Notes under the pieces: generated by a model
Databases searched by the model: none
What the model was told of the DNA's origin: nothing
The model's input: only the letters and a program-made list of their open reading frames with translations
Part shown: piece after piece, positions 63,161-64,000 of the stretch
Layout: every line of letters begins with the position of its first letter
How positions within the stretch are numbered: the stretch's first letter is position 1
Made by a program: the position numbers and the translations under genes
Assembly (NCBI GenBank): GCA_016748015.1
Contig: JAAOMT010000617.1
Location: 876,635-940,634, forward strand
Direction: 5' to 3'
DNA length: 64,000 bases
Source: Geosiphon pyriformis uo1
Lineage: Eukaryota > Fungi > Glomeromycota

Positions 63161-64000
63161 TTATTGGAGTTGATCCATGAACCAAATATTTTTTATCCCA
63201 CCACCACCACCAACATTTATTTCAGGAAGAGAGTCTTGGGACGACAACGGGGGCAACGGTGACAACGATTCATCTCGTGATTTATCTTTCCAATGATGAT
63301 AATTCAAATGATCTTCTGAAGGATTCGTAATCATTCGATTTAATTCTTCAGTTTTAAAATAATGACTTTCTTGTTTTACCATCATCATTCTATCATTATC
63401 TACTATTCCATTTTGTAGAGGAATTTGGGGAGAAGGAGGTGGTGAAGATGTTTGTTGTTCTTTTTGTTGATAAGACGACGATGACGACGATGTTTGTCGT
63501 GGTGATGGTGAATAGTTGTAGTTACCATTTTCATACTCATCAATCATCATTTCAACCTGGGTATCAAAGTGATAATCCGTTGTTGTCATTGTAGTTTTTG
63601 TATTTCGATGATGATGATGATAGGATTGTGTTTGATTGGAAAAGTTTTTTGAGATTGGTTTATCATACTCCATCACCATCATAATTGTATCTTGATTCAA
63701 ATCTTCTTCTCTATCATCATCATCATCATCATATGATTCGGTGACAGGAACATAAATGGAGTAATTTTCTTTCTGTTGTGAATTGGTGATATAGATATAA
63801 CCATCATCATCTTCCAAAGAATCATCTAATTCATCTAAACAAGCGTCCAACCAATTTTCTTCATCTTTTTTTACGTCATCTTCATTCCAATCTACCATAA
63901 AATTCCCTGAATGAATATCATTATGTTGACGATATTGATTATTATTATTATAATTATAATTATTGTTGTTGTTATTGTTGTTGTTGTTGTTGTTGTTGTT
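63161..64000 (-). CDS. Host protein of unknown function, low-complexity (N/D/S/H-rich), 5' end outside the window
   Basis: 245-aa ORF whose frame stays open upstream through poly-Asn to base 64000. CpG is retained. One ordered-looking motif, EENWLDACLDEL. Confidence 0.75.
   Translation of the reverse strand, partial: NNNNNNNNNNNNNNYNYNNNNQYRQHNDIHSGNFMVDWNEDDVKKDEENWLDACLDELDDSLEDDDGYIYITNSQQKENYSIYVPVTESYDDDDDDREEDLNQDTIMMVMEYDKPISKNFSNQTQSYHHHHRNTKTTMTTTDYHFDTQVEMMIDEYENGNYNYSPSPRQTSSSSSSYQQKEQQTSSPPPSPQIPLQNGIVDNDRMMMVKQESHYFKTEELNRMITNPSEDHLNYHHWKDKSRDESLSPLPPLSSQDSLPEINVGGGGGIKNIWFMDQLQ

Noticed and set aside
1-64000. Alternative genetic code, organelle or bacterial endosymbiont origin to explain the many stops; tRNA/rRNA genes; telomeric repeats
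   Set aside because: Stops occur at W/Q/R codons only in TEs, while spliceosomal host genes read cleanly in the standard code. No RNA gene or telomere motif was recognised.

Overview
Eukaryotic (fungal) DNA, very AT-rich; the intron style and TE repertoire suggest Mucoromycota/Glomeromycotina (inference only). About 80% of the window is nested, decayed transposons. (1) 1-30.4 kb is a stack of Ty3/Gypsy LTR retrotransposons. Element A (9797-19534, 4-bp TSD TCAG) sits inside the integrase of element B (7430-27067), which sits inside an oppositely oriented related LTR (C); relics of further copies flank them. A and B have the layout Gag-PR-Cys-rich domain-dUTPase-RT-RNaseH-INT. A, B and a third family (E) share an unannotated extra ORF between INT and the 3' LTR. 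(2) 31.4-36.4 kb is a CpG-retaining island of three intact, intron-containing host genes: TatD/Scn1-like nuclease, HEM25/SLC25A38 glycine carrier and SKI8/WDR61-like WD40 protein. (3) 38-58.5 kb holds two full-length APE-RT-RNaseH LINEs, a LINE relic, a hAT transposon relic and a solo LTR. (4) The 3' part of a low-complexity host gene lies at the right edge. All TEs carry heavy C>T/G>A damage on both strands (CpG first, then apparently TpC-biased), graded by nesting age, while host genes are spared. This damage pattern and the conserved extra ORF are the most interesting signals.
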